Positions 1-10,685 of a stretch of 64,000 bases of DNA are shown here, in pieces. How positions within the stretch are numbered: position 1 is the stretch's first letter; every line of letters begins with the position of its first letter. Both the position numbers and the translations under genes were made by a program. The notes below the pieces were generated by a model, which did not search any database, had not been told where the DNA came from, and saw only the letters and a program-made list of their open reading frames with translations. Origin of the DNA: Diplonema japonicum (taxonomy: Eukaryota; Protista; Euglenozoa: Diplonemea); contig OZ025680.1 in the NCBI GenBank assembly GCA_964019335.1, positions 186,001 through 250,000 of the forward strand, in the 5' to 3' direction.

Positions 1-1330
1 AAGCTTGCGGCACGGCTGCGTCCAGCACACAAAGCTCCTCTTCTGTGAGGTTGCTTGCAACTGCAGAAATCTCAACGGCCAGTATGTCGAGAAGGGAGGT
101 GAGGTCGGCTTGCGTCTCAGCAACGAGGAGGCACTGAGCCCGCTTAAGAGTGGAGTATGCTTTGTGGTGCTCCGAGGGTTGCGACAGGAGGTAGGCCTCG
201 CCTATTTTATGGAGAAGGACACCTCCGTTGCCGTCTGTGAGCTCGTTCCGACTGTCGAGGTTCACGATGGCCTGCTCGAGGAAAGGATGGATGTTGCTGA
301 GGGCACCGCTCTCAGCGGGCACGCTCTCTTCAACGTAAATACTGAGAATTGAAGAAACAAGTTCATACAGCGGGGTGCAGTGGATGCCATCCTTGTTGGC
401 TTCCACTTTCAAGGCTGCAGTGAGGTATTTCAAGCTTTCGATCTTCTTGCCCTGCAGCATCTGAACCTTGCCGACCAGTCCTGCAGCCGACCCCGTCAAT
501 GGCGAGCTGTCGCCGACCGTCGCCTTGAAGTACTCATACGCAGTTTGGTAATGCCGCTCAGCTTGCTCGAGATCTTCATTCTTAAGATACGCGTCAGCAA
601 GGGAGTCGTGCAGCTTGGCGATCATGACCTTGTCGTCGGGGGCCTCATTGTAGTGCCCTTCCAAGGCTTCTTTTAAGTATTGTATGCCGGCTTGCGTGTC
701 ACCAAGGTTTTTTTTGACGAGGCCCAAGGCCCATTTGTCATCTTTGTCGGTTTCACCTTTGAGGGCGATGCCCTTGTTGATGTGGTCCAAGGCCTTCTCG
801 TAGTCCCCTATTGAGTTGTAGGCCGTGGTGAGGTTGGCATGGGTGGCCGCATTGGGTGGTGCTATGGAAGCAAGTTCCTCAAGAAGTTCGGCGCATTCCG
901 GTTGGCGGTTTTGCTTGAAACGCAAAGTGGCAATCTTCTGAAGGATCTTCCACAGGTACGGTCCTTGCGCTGCGCGGCACCAAGGAAGGATTCTGTTCAG
1001 CATTTTCTCTGCCTTGTCAAGGCTGTAGTTCTTGATGTAGACCCCTGAGAGGTGCAGGGCCATCGCGACCAATTGGTCCTCCTTCTTCCCCTCTGCCGCC
1101 CATGATGTGAATTCTTTTTCTATCTCGCTCACCCTCCTGTCGTTTCCTTCATCTCCATCTGTGAAATCCTCGTCCCAAGGGTCCTTCACCAACAAGTCTG
1201 TTGCACGGCTCACTTCTATTATACTTTTCCCTTCTAGATTCTGCAAAGGCTCTATTTCAAAAGGCTGTGTGTTCATCCATCTGAGATGGCTCATTTTTAC
1301 CCTTTTCACCAACACCCTTCTTAAGTGCAT
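1..1330 (-). CDS. TPR-repeat helical protein, 3' end runs off the window
   Basis: Hand translation of the minus strand is open from ATG 1330 (or 1294) to base 1. TPR-like segments include ANLTTAYNSIGDYEKALDHINKGIAL and AKLHDSLADAYLKNEDLEQAERHYQTAY. Absent from the ORF track because it has no stop in the window. Confidence 0.8.
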   Translation of the reverse strand, partial: MHLRRVLVKRVKMSHLRWMNTQPFEIEPLQNLEGKSIIEVSRATDLLVKDPWDEDFTDGDEGNDRRVSEIEKEFTSWAAEGKKEDQLVAMALHLSGVYIKNYSLDKAEKMLNRILPWCRAAQGPYLWKILQKIATLRFKQNRQPECAELLEELASIAPPNAATHANLTTAYNSIGDYEKALDHINKGIALKGETDKDDKWALGLVKKNLGDTQAGIQYLKEALEGHYNEAPDDKVMIAKLHDSLADAYLKNEDLEQAERHYQTAYEYFKATVGDSSPLTGSAAGLVGKVQMLQGKKIESLKYLTAALKVEANKDGIHCTPLYELVSSILSIYVEESVPAESGALSNIHPFLEQAIVNLDSRNELTDGNGGVLLHKIGEAYLLSQPSEHHKAYSTLKRAQCLLVAETQADLTSLLDILAVEISAVASNLTEEELCVLDAAVPQA

Positions 1331-2469
1331 TTCTCTTTTTTTTTTTTTTTTCTTCTCGCTTTTCTTCTTCCCTTTTTTGTTTCTTTTTATTCTCTTTGGA
1401 TCAGGCAACAAAAAAAAAAAAAAAAAAAAAAAAAGGATTATGGATGAAAGAAAATAACATAATGTAAAAACTAGACATTTTAAGACTTGCGTTTTCGCGC
1501 TTACCAGCTTGTCGTGCTGCCTCTTGTCTACAAAAGGAGGGGAAGAAGTAGTTGTTCAACAAAAAAAGGGAAAAATACAAGTAAACCGCAATCGCGTGGA
1601 GAAGAGGGGAAATATCTTTTTCTTTTTAGTTTTTTGGTTTAAAATAAAAAGGGTAAAAAAAAAGGGGGGGGTAATATAAGAAGAAAAAAAGAGTACGATT
1701 TCTTTTTTTTTCTTCCTTTTTTGCGCCCATTCTTTCCAACTTTCGAGAGAGAGAGAAAAAAAGAACGGGTACCTCTTAAGCAGGACATATATCTTCTACT
1801 TAAACTGGTTGTGTAAAACTATTTGTTCCACCCATTTCTTTTTTCTTTTCATTTGGGCCTAAAATCTGGGAGGGAATAACCTGGTTTGCTGCCCCGTTGA
1901 AAAAAAAAAATAATAATAAAAATAAAATAGAATTGTTCTGGCGCTTTTGCGCGTACGGATAAAGAAGAGAGGTTGTAGGAATATACTAAATACGTTAGAA
2001 CAAGGGGTTGCCACCCTCTCTTTCACGGTTACTATATTCTTCCTTCCCTTCTCTACCCCCTTTTCTTTCTTTCTTTCTCGTTTGATCACGCTACTTTAAA
2101 AAAAAAAAAAAAATAGATTGTTCTCTGATTACTTTTTGGCAGTAAGCGAGCTACAATGCTTTTTACGATAGCGCTTTTTTTTTTTTTTTTCATTTGTGAT
2201 TTTTTTCGAAAACAATAAAAGGAAAATGCTGACAAGCATTCCTAAGTGGGACACGGGATATAAGAGATAAAGGAGGCCAGCGTTGGTGGTTCCCTGTACA
2301 TTCTCTACTGTATTAAAGGGCGCATCTCCCACAATTACTTTACTTACTTTACATATCCAATGCTATCCCACCTTGAAAAAAAAAAAAAAAAGGCGAATGG
2401 GGAAATACCAACCAAAACACGCCTCTTCCACACCACACCCACGCCAAGGGGTGACCCAGTAATTTTTCA

Positions 2470-3836
2470 TCAATAAGGCACAGGAACAACGGACGGCATA
2501 TTCTTGTGAGGCGCAACTCCAAGCTGCATCGAGTCTAAATCGAAGACCTGAAAGTACTTTTTTTTTTTTTTTTTTAAATCCACACCGTGTACACCGATCT
2601 AAAGAACGTGTCACCAAAGATGAATACATTTGGCATCAAGCTGTCCTCCTGCACCCCAAGCGTGCAGTCGCTATCGAGGTTGTACACATCCGCAGGGATG
2701 GAAAACAGAGACCCCCCTATCCCAACCTGAATCGTCTTCTCAGAACAAACCCCAACCGACGTCGGCCCTAACGCTGAAACGATAGACCGGACATCCTTTG
2801 AAGGCCCGAGAATCACCGAAGTTCCGGTGTCAATAATGGCCCTTGTGGTGTCGATGGGAATCTTTTTACCATCGACGAAGATTCCTTGCAACTCGATAAT
2901 GTAATAAAGGTACGTGCCGCGAAGTTTTTGGAAGGGTGTATAGGTGAGAGGCGGTTTGAAAACATCGTGATCAACAGCACCGAAGGACAGCTCAGAGGCA
3001 TCTTCACGAAGCGAGACAGAAATGATCTTTTTAGAAATTTCACGAGAATCAAACAATGCTTGCACAAATGTTGTCTGCCGTCCTTCCGATAATCTGCGAA
3101 GCCCCAACCCAAGAATACCATCGGCAAACGGTACACCTTCAAAAAATTTGTCAACTGATGTAGCTATGCCCAATGCCAGGCGTATTCTTACAGACGACCC
3201 TTCAAGCCCGATCTGATCATATCCTATTTTACCAGAGCAAGACCCTGTACCGTATTTAAGATGGAAATCATTCATCGATGGGAGAAATGTAGAGGACGCA
3301 TGGCTGTCAAAAGCCTTCATTCTTGAACATCCCATATCCTTGCACTCCTTACCCGAGACCCATGTGTTCGATGAGCCTGTGTCGACGATGAGCTGGTACT
3401 CCACTGGAGGGGTTCCTATTTGTAGGTATGCTAGGTATTCTAGGTTGTTGGCGTTGTGCAGGTGTCTCCCGGTGACGTGTGTGGGTGGGGAGAACATGTT
3501 TTCTATCCATTCCTCGACGGTCCAGGTTTGTATTATTAGCGTTTTGTTGAGGTTTGGGTTGCTCCATGGGGTGCCGCGTTTTAGCTTTAGTTTTATAGGT
3601 TTTGTAGTGGGGTTTGTAGGAGTCCTGTGATCTGTGAGGCCCACCGTCACTAGGGCGATGACCAAGACTGTGCTTACGGCTGCAAACGTATTCATACCCC
3701 GGTTCCAAGGTGAAACCGTATGGAGACCGCCCTTATTTCTGATATCGTGAATCGTGAATTCGCTGTTGTACGTACTGTTGTTCAACAGCGTGCCGTATTT
3801 CGTTGTTGTTGCCCCACTCGCTGGTGTGGGCACCAT
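2470..3836 (-). CDS. Pepsin-family (A1) aspartic protease with N-terminal membrane anchor; 1 intron (2548-2585)
   Basis: Catalytic motifs VDTGSS and IDTGTS, flap YGTGS, and FGDTFFR. Splicing a 38-nt GT-AG intron restores the typical C-terminus SVYT|VFDLDSMQLGVA. Confidence 0.92.
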
Positions 3837-4507
3837 TTTTTTTTTTTTTTTTTTTTTTGTGCTGGTTGTCTTAAATAGTATTCTGACGGGGGAAAAAACA
3901 AAAATAAAAAAAAAGAAGCAAGGGAATAGGATAAAATTTTTTAAGAACTCAAAAAAAAAAAAAAATAAAAAAATAGAACAGGGAAGGGGAAGATTGGAGG
4001 TTTTTTTTTTTCCCCTGTGTACTTAATCCCTCCTCCTTATAAATTTAGATTTTTTTTTTCTTTGGTTTCCTTCTTTTTTTTTTCCTCCTTCCCCCTTCTT
4101 TTTCTTGTAAACTTCTTTTTTTTTCCTCCTAATTAACACACTCTCCCCTCTTTTTTTTTAACTTCCGAAACAAAAAGTCTCTGCCGTGTCACCACCACCC
4201 CCTTATTTGCGCAGCCAAGTAAAATATTATTTCCTTCTTTTTTGCATCATCTGCTTCTACAGAAGCAGTTGGTCAACACCAACGGCCAGGCGCCAGCGGT
4301 AGTTGAGGCAGACAATAACCCCCTCTTTGCTTGTTTTTCTTTTCTTTTTTTTTTTTTTTTTTAAAGACGTATAAAGACATAAAACACAACGTTTGACTGT
4401 CACCTCACACAAAAAAAAATCCCCCCTTATTTTTTCTCCCACGGCGTGTAAGGCTAGGAATAAACACAAAAAGAAAAAAAAGGGGGGGGGGACACACACA
4501 ACAACAA

Positions 4508-4707
4508 CTAAACCCTCTTCTCCTTCTTCGCCCATTCCACGAACTCGTCCATCAACACAGGCCAGCCCTCATCCTCGTTGTAGTTCGAAAGGTCTGGCGC
4601 GATAGAAAAAATAAAATCGAACAACGATTTCCAGGCATCTTTGCTGATGGCCTTCTTGTGCACAGTTGTAACGTACTCGTTCCACAGGGCGAGGGGGAAG
4701 GACTGGG

Positions 4708-4738
<31 letters not shown>

Positions 4739-5327
4739 TCCCATACCTTGCAACGGGGAGCGAGCATGACGTTCCAGGACTCCACAGCAGACTCTGCCTG
4801 GATAACTCGAGCGTTCTCTTCCCTCGTCCAGTCGAAGGCGAACCAATAGAAATATTTGAAATGCCTTTTGTCGGTCAGCGCTGATTTCCATTTGGAGATC
4901 TCAGCCTTTAGTTTTTTAACACTATCGATGCCAAGGGACTTCATCCCGTTTATGAACTCCGACCTGCCAAGCTTGAAAGGCTCCGATGCTTGGATCCTGC
5001 ACGCCACGAGGAGGAGCGAGTCGTCGTCAATGCTGATTGCTAAATCCTTTTTTTTTTTTTTTGTGTTCTTCTCCCGATAGCTTACCTTGCATAGGGACAG
5101 AAGGCCTTCCCCTTGTATGCACTGTTCGTCACTGTCTGAGGCCTGTCTGTGCTTTTCGAACAAAGCCTCGATGTCCTTCATGTTTAATTTTTTGCTGGGG
5201 TACTCCTCCAGTTCGTAAGGGTTGCTCGACACCACCTCTTCCCGCTTGATGGCCCGCGACCCTCCTGTCGAGACGCTGTAGAGACGCTTCTTGTTCAACT
5301 CCGCTCTGTACCCAACACCTTGGAGCT

Positions 5328-5367
<40 letters not shown>

Positions 5368-5512
5368 CTCTCCTTAAATTCCCTCATACCGTAAACTCTA
5401 CGGATGAATGGCCTTGCCTGAACGCAGACTCCATTGCACCGTTGGTGGCCTCGTCGGTCTCCACCCACCGGCAGGTCCTTGGGTCCTGCATGTACCATTT
5501 TCCTTTTGCCAT
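4508..5512 (-). CDS. DCN1: DCN1-like cullin neddylation protein with N-terminal WWE domain; introns 5326-5389, 5047-5085, 4703-4746
   Basis: Cullin-binding PONY domain motifs FKYFYWFAFD, ISKDAWKSLFDF and DLSNYNEDEGWPVLMDEFVEW. The spliced N-terminus MAKGKWYMQD..RWVETDEATNGAMESAF..G..Y..TGGSRAIKR matches the WWE pattern. Confidence 0.85.
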
Positions 5513-6702
5513 TGTTCCCCTTTTTTTAAATATTTTCTTTCTTCAAAAAATATCGAGTCTCAAAACACGTGATCATGAATTCATGACACACGCGGCAGTA
5601 TCCCCGCTGATGGTCAGGTGGCGTGAATGCGGCTGGGGTCGCAAGGGCATTCTGGCACCACTGCCCCGTGGTAGAGAAAAGACCCCCCTGCCCTGTTCCA
5701 ATACGGGCTGCGGCCTCTAAATGGAATACTCGTAGAATCTGGGAAAGGACACAGGACGGATATGTTGGTTTTTTTTTTTTTTTTTTTTGTTGTAAATCAA
5801 AAAATTAGGGGGGTGGGGTGGGGGAAAGTAACAACGTAGAACCGTGAAGGAGAAGGAGGGAGGGGAAGTGGGAGGTGTGGTGTTGTGCGTGGGTGGGTAT
5901 GTTGGAGGAAAAGAAAGGAAGGAAGGGGGGAAAAAAAAAAGGCTACGCATAACATGGAGTGAGAGAGGGGGGGGGGGGGGGGGGGGGCATGGGGATACCT
6001 CCCTTTGTTTCTTCTTTTTTTTCTTTTTGATGTTTTCGTTTTTTCCCTCTTTTTCCTAAAAAAAAAAAAAAAAAAAAAAACGAAAGAAGAAAGAAGGAGG
6101 GAAGGAAAGAAAAAACTCAAAGTGCAGGACAAACCCCCTCATGGAGGGCCGCCCTTGAAAAAAAAAAAAGTGGGGGTGGTACGGTGTCTCCTTGTATTCT
6201 TTCTTTCAGTCCCCTTTCCATTCCCTGAATAAAAATCAATTTTAGCTTGTTTGCTATAAAAAAAAAAGGGGGATAAAAAAGGATGGCGAAACCCCATCTC
6301 AACATTCTTCTAGTTCCAGGGAACATGGGAACAAAAAAAAAAACCCTATCCTGCTTCAAGGGTGTTTTGATTCTCTTCTTTTCACATCGGCAAGCAACTA
6401 CTCATCGAATTATTCAATTTTCTTTTTTTTTTTTTTTTTTGTCCGGATTTTTTTTCTTCATTTTTTTTTCCCCTTCATTTTGTGACTCCTCCCCGCAACC
6501 TTAAAAAAAAGAAAAAAAAAAGAAAAAGAAAAAAAACACAGATACTAACCTGAACTACAAAATATCCCTCCCCCCTCTCCTCCCCTATTTTTTTTTTTTT
6601 TTTTTTAAATGAGAGAAAGATCAACGGACATTTTGGTCTCAAACAGAAAAGAAAAAACACTTTTTTTTTTTTTTAAAAAAAAAGGCCCTTCCACCCCCTC
6701 TT

Positions 6703-7490
6703 TTAGATATCTTCAGATTCACATGCCTGTTTTAGGGCCTCTGTCCATTCTCGCATTTCTTCAAAGGTAAGTGCCGCCAGATCATACGCTTTTCCTTTCT
6801 TCTGGACATTCAGAATTGGACCGTCCAGGGTGAAAGCCAAGCTATCAGCTCTGCAAGAGACCCGTGCACCACGAAGGTCCAGCTGGCCAAGGGGCTTGCT
6901 GCCTTCAGATTCACTGTACGTGATGATGTGGCCCTTCAGTTCAAACCACCGTTTTTCCGTCCCACCTCTGCTAAGGAGGCCTTTTCCCTTCCCACTATCT
7001 TTCATAAGGTACCCCTTCTGCGTGATTTTGTCATTCTTATCGCACTGTCGTGAATGTAAAAAAAAATAAAAAAAAAATAGATATTTATTAAAAAATCTTA
7101 CCTCTGATGCCCGCTCGACGGCTTGCTTCCACTTGTGAAAGTCTTCTTCGCTTTCAGCAGTCATGATGTAATCTTTGCCCTGTTTTTTTTTTTTTTTTTT
7201 TTTTTTCGTTTATAAAAAAAAAATACCATCTTTGATGAATTCAAAGGGACACCATTCTCAATTTTGAATGTTAGTTTCATGTTTTCATGGGTGAGGAACC
7301 TGGATCCTCTCAGATCCAACACCCCGAGTGCTTCTGGCTTCTTTCCGTCCGTCTTTTCCTGTGTCGGATTTCTTTTTCTTTTTTTTCCACATACGTTTGT
7401 CGGGCTGCTCCACCACGTCAGACTCCAGCCTTTCAATGAACACCACCTCTTGTGGTCCTGCGCACCCCGTTTAAGGAGGTAACCTTCCAT
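6703..7490 (-). CDS. Tandem PH-domain protein; introns 7359-7394, 7180-7226, 7045-7101
   Basis: Two PH signatures: EGYLLKRG..KRWC..LDL..WKQAV and KGYLMK..KRWFEL..LDL..WTEAL. Three GT-AG introns join the two ORF-track pieces. Confidence 0.88.
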
Positions 7491-7799
7491 TTTTTTTTTT
7501 TCCTTTTTCCTTTTATCTATTTATATCTTCTTCTTTCCCCTCTTCTCCTGTTGGGTTTGTGTTTAAAATGAAGGCGGGGAAAAAAAAAATATATATGAGT
7601 TAAAGGAAGTCTTTGTGAGACGCCCCCTTGTTCTCATGCTCTACCTGCACCTATCCCCCTTCAGCAGCGGTTTCTCCTTCTTCAAAAAAAAAGAAACAAA
7701 AAATAAAAAATAAAAACACGTTTTAAAAATAAATACTGTAAAAAAAATAAAGAAGAATTAAAATGGTCCCTCTTGTGTAACATTGTGCTCCCGTTGTTT

Positions 7800-7955
7800 T
7801 CAAAACTTATTCGCTGCATGGAGGTTCTTGCTCCAGTCCGCCAACCCTTCAATACCCTTGTCCTTTGTCACCGAGACGCTTATTTCACTAGCTGACGGGT
7901 CCAAGGATGCGGCGCTGTACGGCCATGTTTGGGCAATACTGATTTTAGGGGGCAT
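7800..7955 (-). CDS. Possible 51-aa small ORF or orphan exon
   Basis: Coding-like composition island reading MPPKISIAQTWPYSAASLDP...NKF*. No recognisable motif. Confidence 0.25.
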   Translation of the reverse strand: MPPKISIAQTWPYSAASLDPSASEISVSVTKDKGIEGLADWSKNLHAANKF

Positions 7956-8169
7956 CCTGAGTAGGGGGTGGTAGTGGCCGACATGGAGGAGAATGACATA
8001 AGGACTACAAAAAGAAGGGACAGTGGGAAACTAAGGGAGGGGGAAAATATACAAAAAGAGGGAATGAGTAGACGAGGGGGGGGGGGAGAAAAAAATGTAT
8101 ACATACAGTGCAATATTCACGATTTCAACAAAAAAAAAAAAGAAAAAAGAAAATAAACATATAAAACCA

Positions 8170-8228
8170 CTAAAATTCACGAGACGGGGGCTGCGGGGGA
8201 CCTGACTTCTTGCGGGTGGAAATGGCTG

Positions 8229-8259
<31 letters not shown>

Positions 8260-10143
8260 ATATTGTCCCATACCTCCAGCAGGCGTGGACGGCGTGATAG
8301 CAGGGGTAACAGTAGAGACCTTGTAATTAGGGCCGATAACCGATTTTGCCAGCTTAGGAGCAATAGACCTTCGGATGCGCAGCTTGCGTTCGGCTTCTTC
8401 TTCTATTTGCTTGACACGCCTCTCTTCCATGAGCTCTGCGTACTTAGTTGAACAAATCTCAGCAAGGTAGACGAGGTTGCCGCCGTTGCGTATGACCTCT
8501 CTGGTGATGAGGAGATTGCGCCTCGTGCTGTTGTCCATCATGTCGTAACACACAACAAGCTGCTTGACTGCCGTGAGGATGCTCTCCACCTCGTCGTAGG
8601 TAGGCTCCTTCGTCTCGTCTAGGATCCACCTCGCGTTGTGGCGCTGCTCGCCATGCGCTGCTACGATATATGCCTTTACGTAGTTGAAACCCGTTTCGAA
8701 GCCCTCCATGGGGCACCCGCAGTAGGCCTCTTGCACTTCCCCCACGAACGGATGGTCCAGTCCTAGGTTCACTGCCTTCCCTTTCAGCAGCATCATGACT
8801 TCATTGATCTTCTCTAGTCGTGTGTTTGTCCCCGTCCCGCCAATCACTTGCTCGATGTACGCGTCCAACGACCTCTCTGCTGCGTCCCTCACGGCGGTCT
8901 TTTCCTTCAGCTCGTCCTCTAGCTCTCTCTTCGTTTCTTGCATCCTTGAAATGGTCTCGTCGAGCGATGCCACCGTCGACCGGACTCCGCCGTGTCGCGC
9001 ACGCGCCTCGTCCCTCCGTAGCAGCAGCCTGCTCAGTGTTCTCTGCAAAGTGTCTGCAACCTTCTTTGACTCGTGAAGTTCCTCTTCCGCAGACGAGCAT
9101 GTCATGTTCCTTACCTCCGCGAGCCCTGCGTACTCATGCCGAAGCTTTTCCAGTGCCCTGGTCTGGTCTTCGATGATGTCATCCACAGCCAGGATGGTGT
9201 CCTCCAGGTTGCGCAGCCGCCCCTCGCGTTCTGTCAAAAGGGCCACTGTCTCCTTGTAGGTCTGCTGGTTGCCTGAGAGGAGTTCCTCATCGGCTATGCG
9301 CCGCTCGAGGCGGTCGACCTGCGACATGAGGGAGTTGTGGCGGCTGGTCAGCTGGCGCTCCTCTGACGCTGTTGCGGCTGCTTCCGCCTCCAGCCTGTTC
9401 AGTTCATCTTGCAGCTCCTGCGTCTCCACCTGCTTGATAGCGTCAAGCACTTCAACTTCCTTGAGCTTCGCCTCGGTGGCTTCCACGTACTCAGCGTCCT
9501 GCACCACCAGCTGCATCAGCTCTGTCTCGCTCTCCCGAAGGTCCAACATTACTTTGTCGATTTGTGCTAGTTGCTCCAAGTGCAATGCCTCCACATCTTC
9601 ACATTCTTGCTTAAGTAATTCCAGTGCCCTTTCGTCGCTCACCCCACCGCTCACCCCACCGCTGCTGCTCACACTGGGACCTCTTTCGACCCTCTCCTCC
9701 TCTTCTTGCTCAGGGGCTTGTTCAGGGGCCTGCTCTGATATCTCGGGCACATTCTCGCGCTCCTGCTCTAACATTTGAGGTACTGGCTCAGGTTCTTGTT
9801 TATGCATTTCGGGTTCCTGTTCATGCACCTCAGGCACTGGCTCGGGTTCTTGCTCCTGTATATGTTCCTCGGGGGCTTGCTCGTGTTCCTGCTTTGGTAC
9901 CATTTCTTGTTCCGCTTGGGCCTCCTCTCGTACTTGGTCCTCTGGCACATCGTGCTCTTCGTGAGCCACTTCCTCTTCTTCTTGCACCCCTTCTTCCTTA
10001 CGTTCTTCTGTCTCGTGCACCTCTTCCTTTTCGTCTTCTATGTGCACTGCCTCTTCTTTTATTACCTCTACCTGTTCGGGGACTTCTTCCTCTTGTCCCT
10101 CATCTCCCACAGCCGTACCGCCTTCCCTCTCCGCAGTCGACAT
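8170..10143 (-). CDS. Glu-rich coiled-coil protein; probable intron 8226-8273
   Basis: Long ORF with EQEPE-type repeats followed by a heptad-rich region. First ATG is at 10143. A GTATGG..poly(A)CAG intron gives the C-terminus AISTRKKSGPPQPPSREF*. Confidence 0.8.
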
Positions 10144-10685
10144 GTGTGCCTGTGGTGTAGGTGCCGTGCTGCAAATATTTGAAAATACATGTGGCCAGAG
10201 TAGTGATTCATTCAATAAGCAAGAGAGATGGTAGAGCAGAAAGAGAAAAAGAAGTCGCCCACGACACAGAAAGTGCGTTGTTCAACAAGAGAAATAGTAG
10301 AGCAGAAGGAGTGAACGTATGAGCTACAAGAGGTCTTTGTGAGACGCCCGTGAAAAGAAAGAAAAAATCGCCGCGTGGGAAAGAGACAGGAAACAAATGA
10401 AAACCAAAAAAAAAAAAAAAAAATAATTCTTTATGACTATATGTCTTTGTTGTTCGCACGAGCAAAAAAAAAAACTCTTTAAAGCTGCGAAAGGTTTTTT
10501 TGCCCGGCACAAGTTGCATATAGTTATAAAATCATTTTTTGAAACAAAAACAAAAAGAAGGGTTTTGACGTACCATTTAGTTGTGCGCACAAGTGGTATT
10601 ATTCCTGTATACCTAGTAATAAAATAACGCATTGTGCTGCTAACAAATTAGTCCGAAGAAAAAAAAAAATGCGTGCAGAACACCT

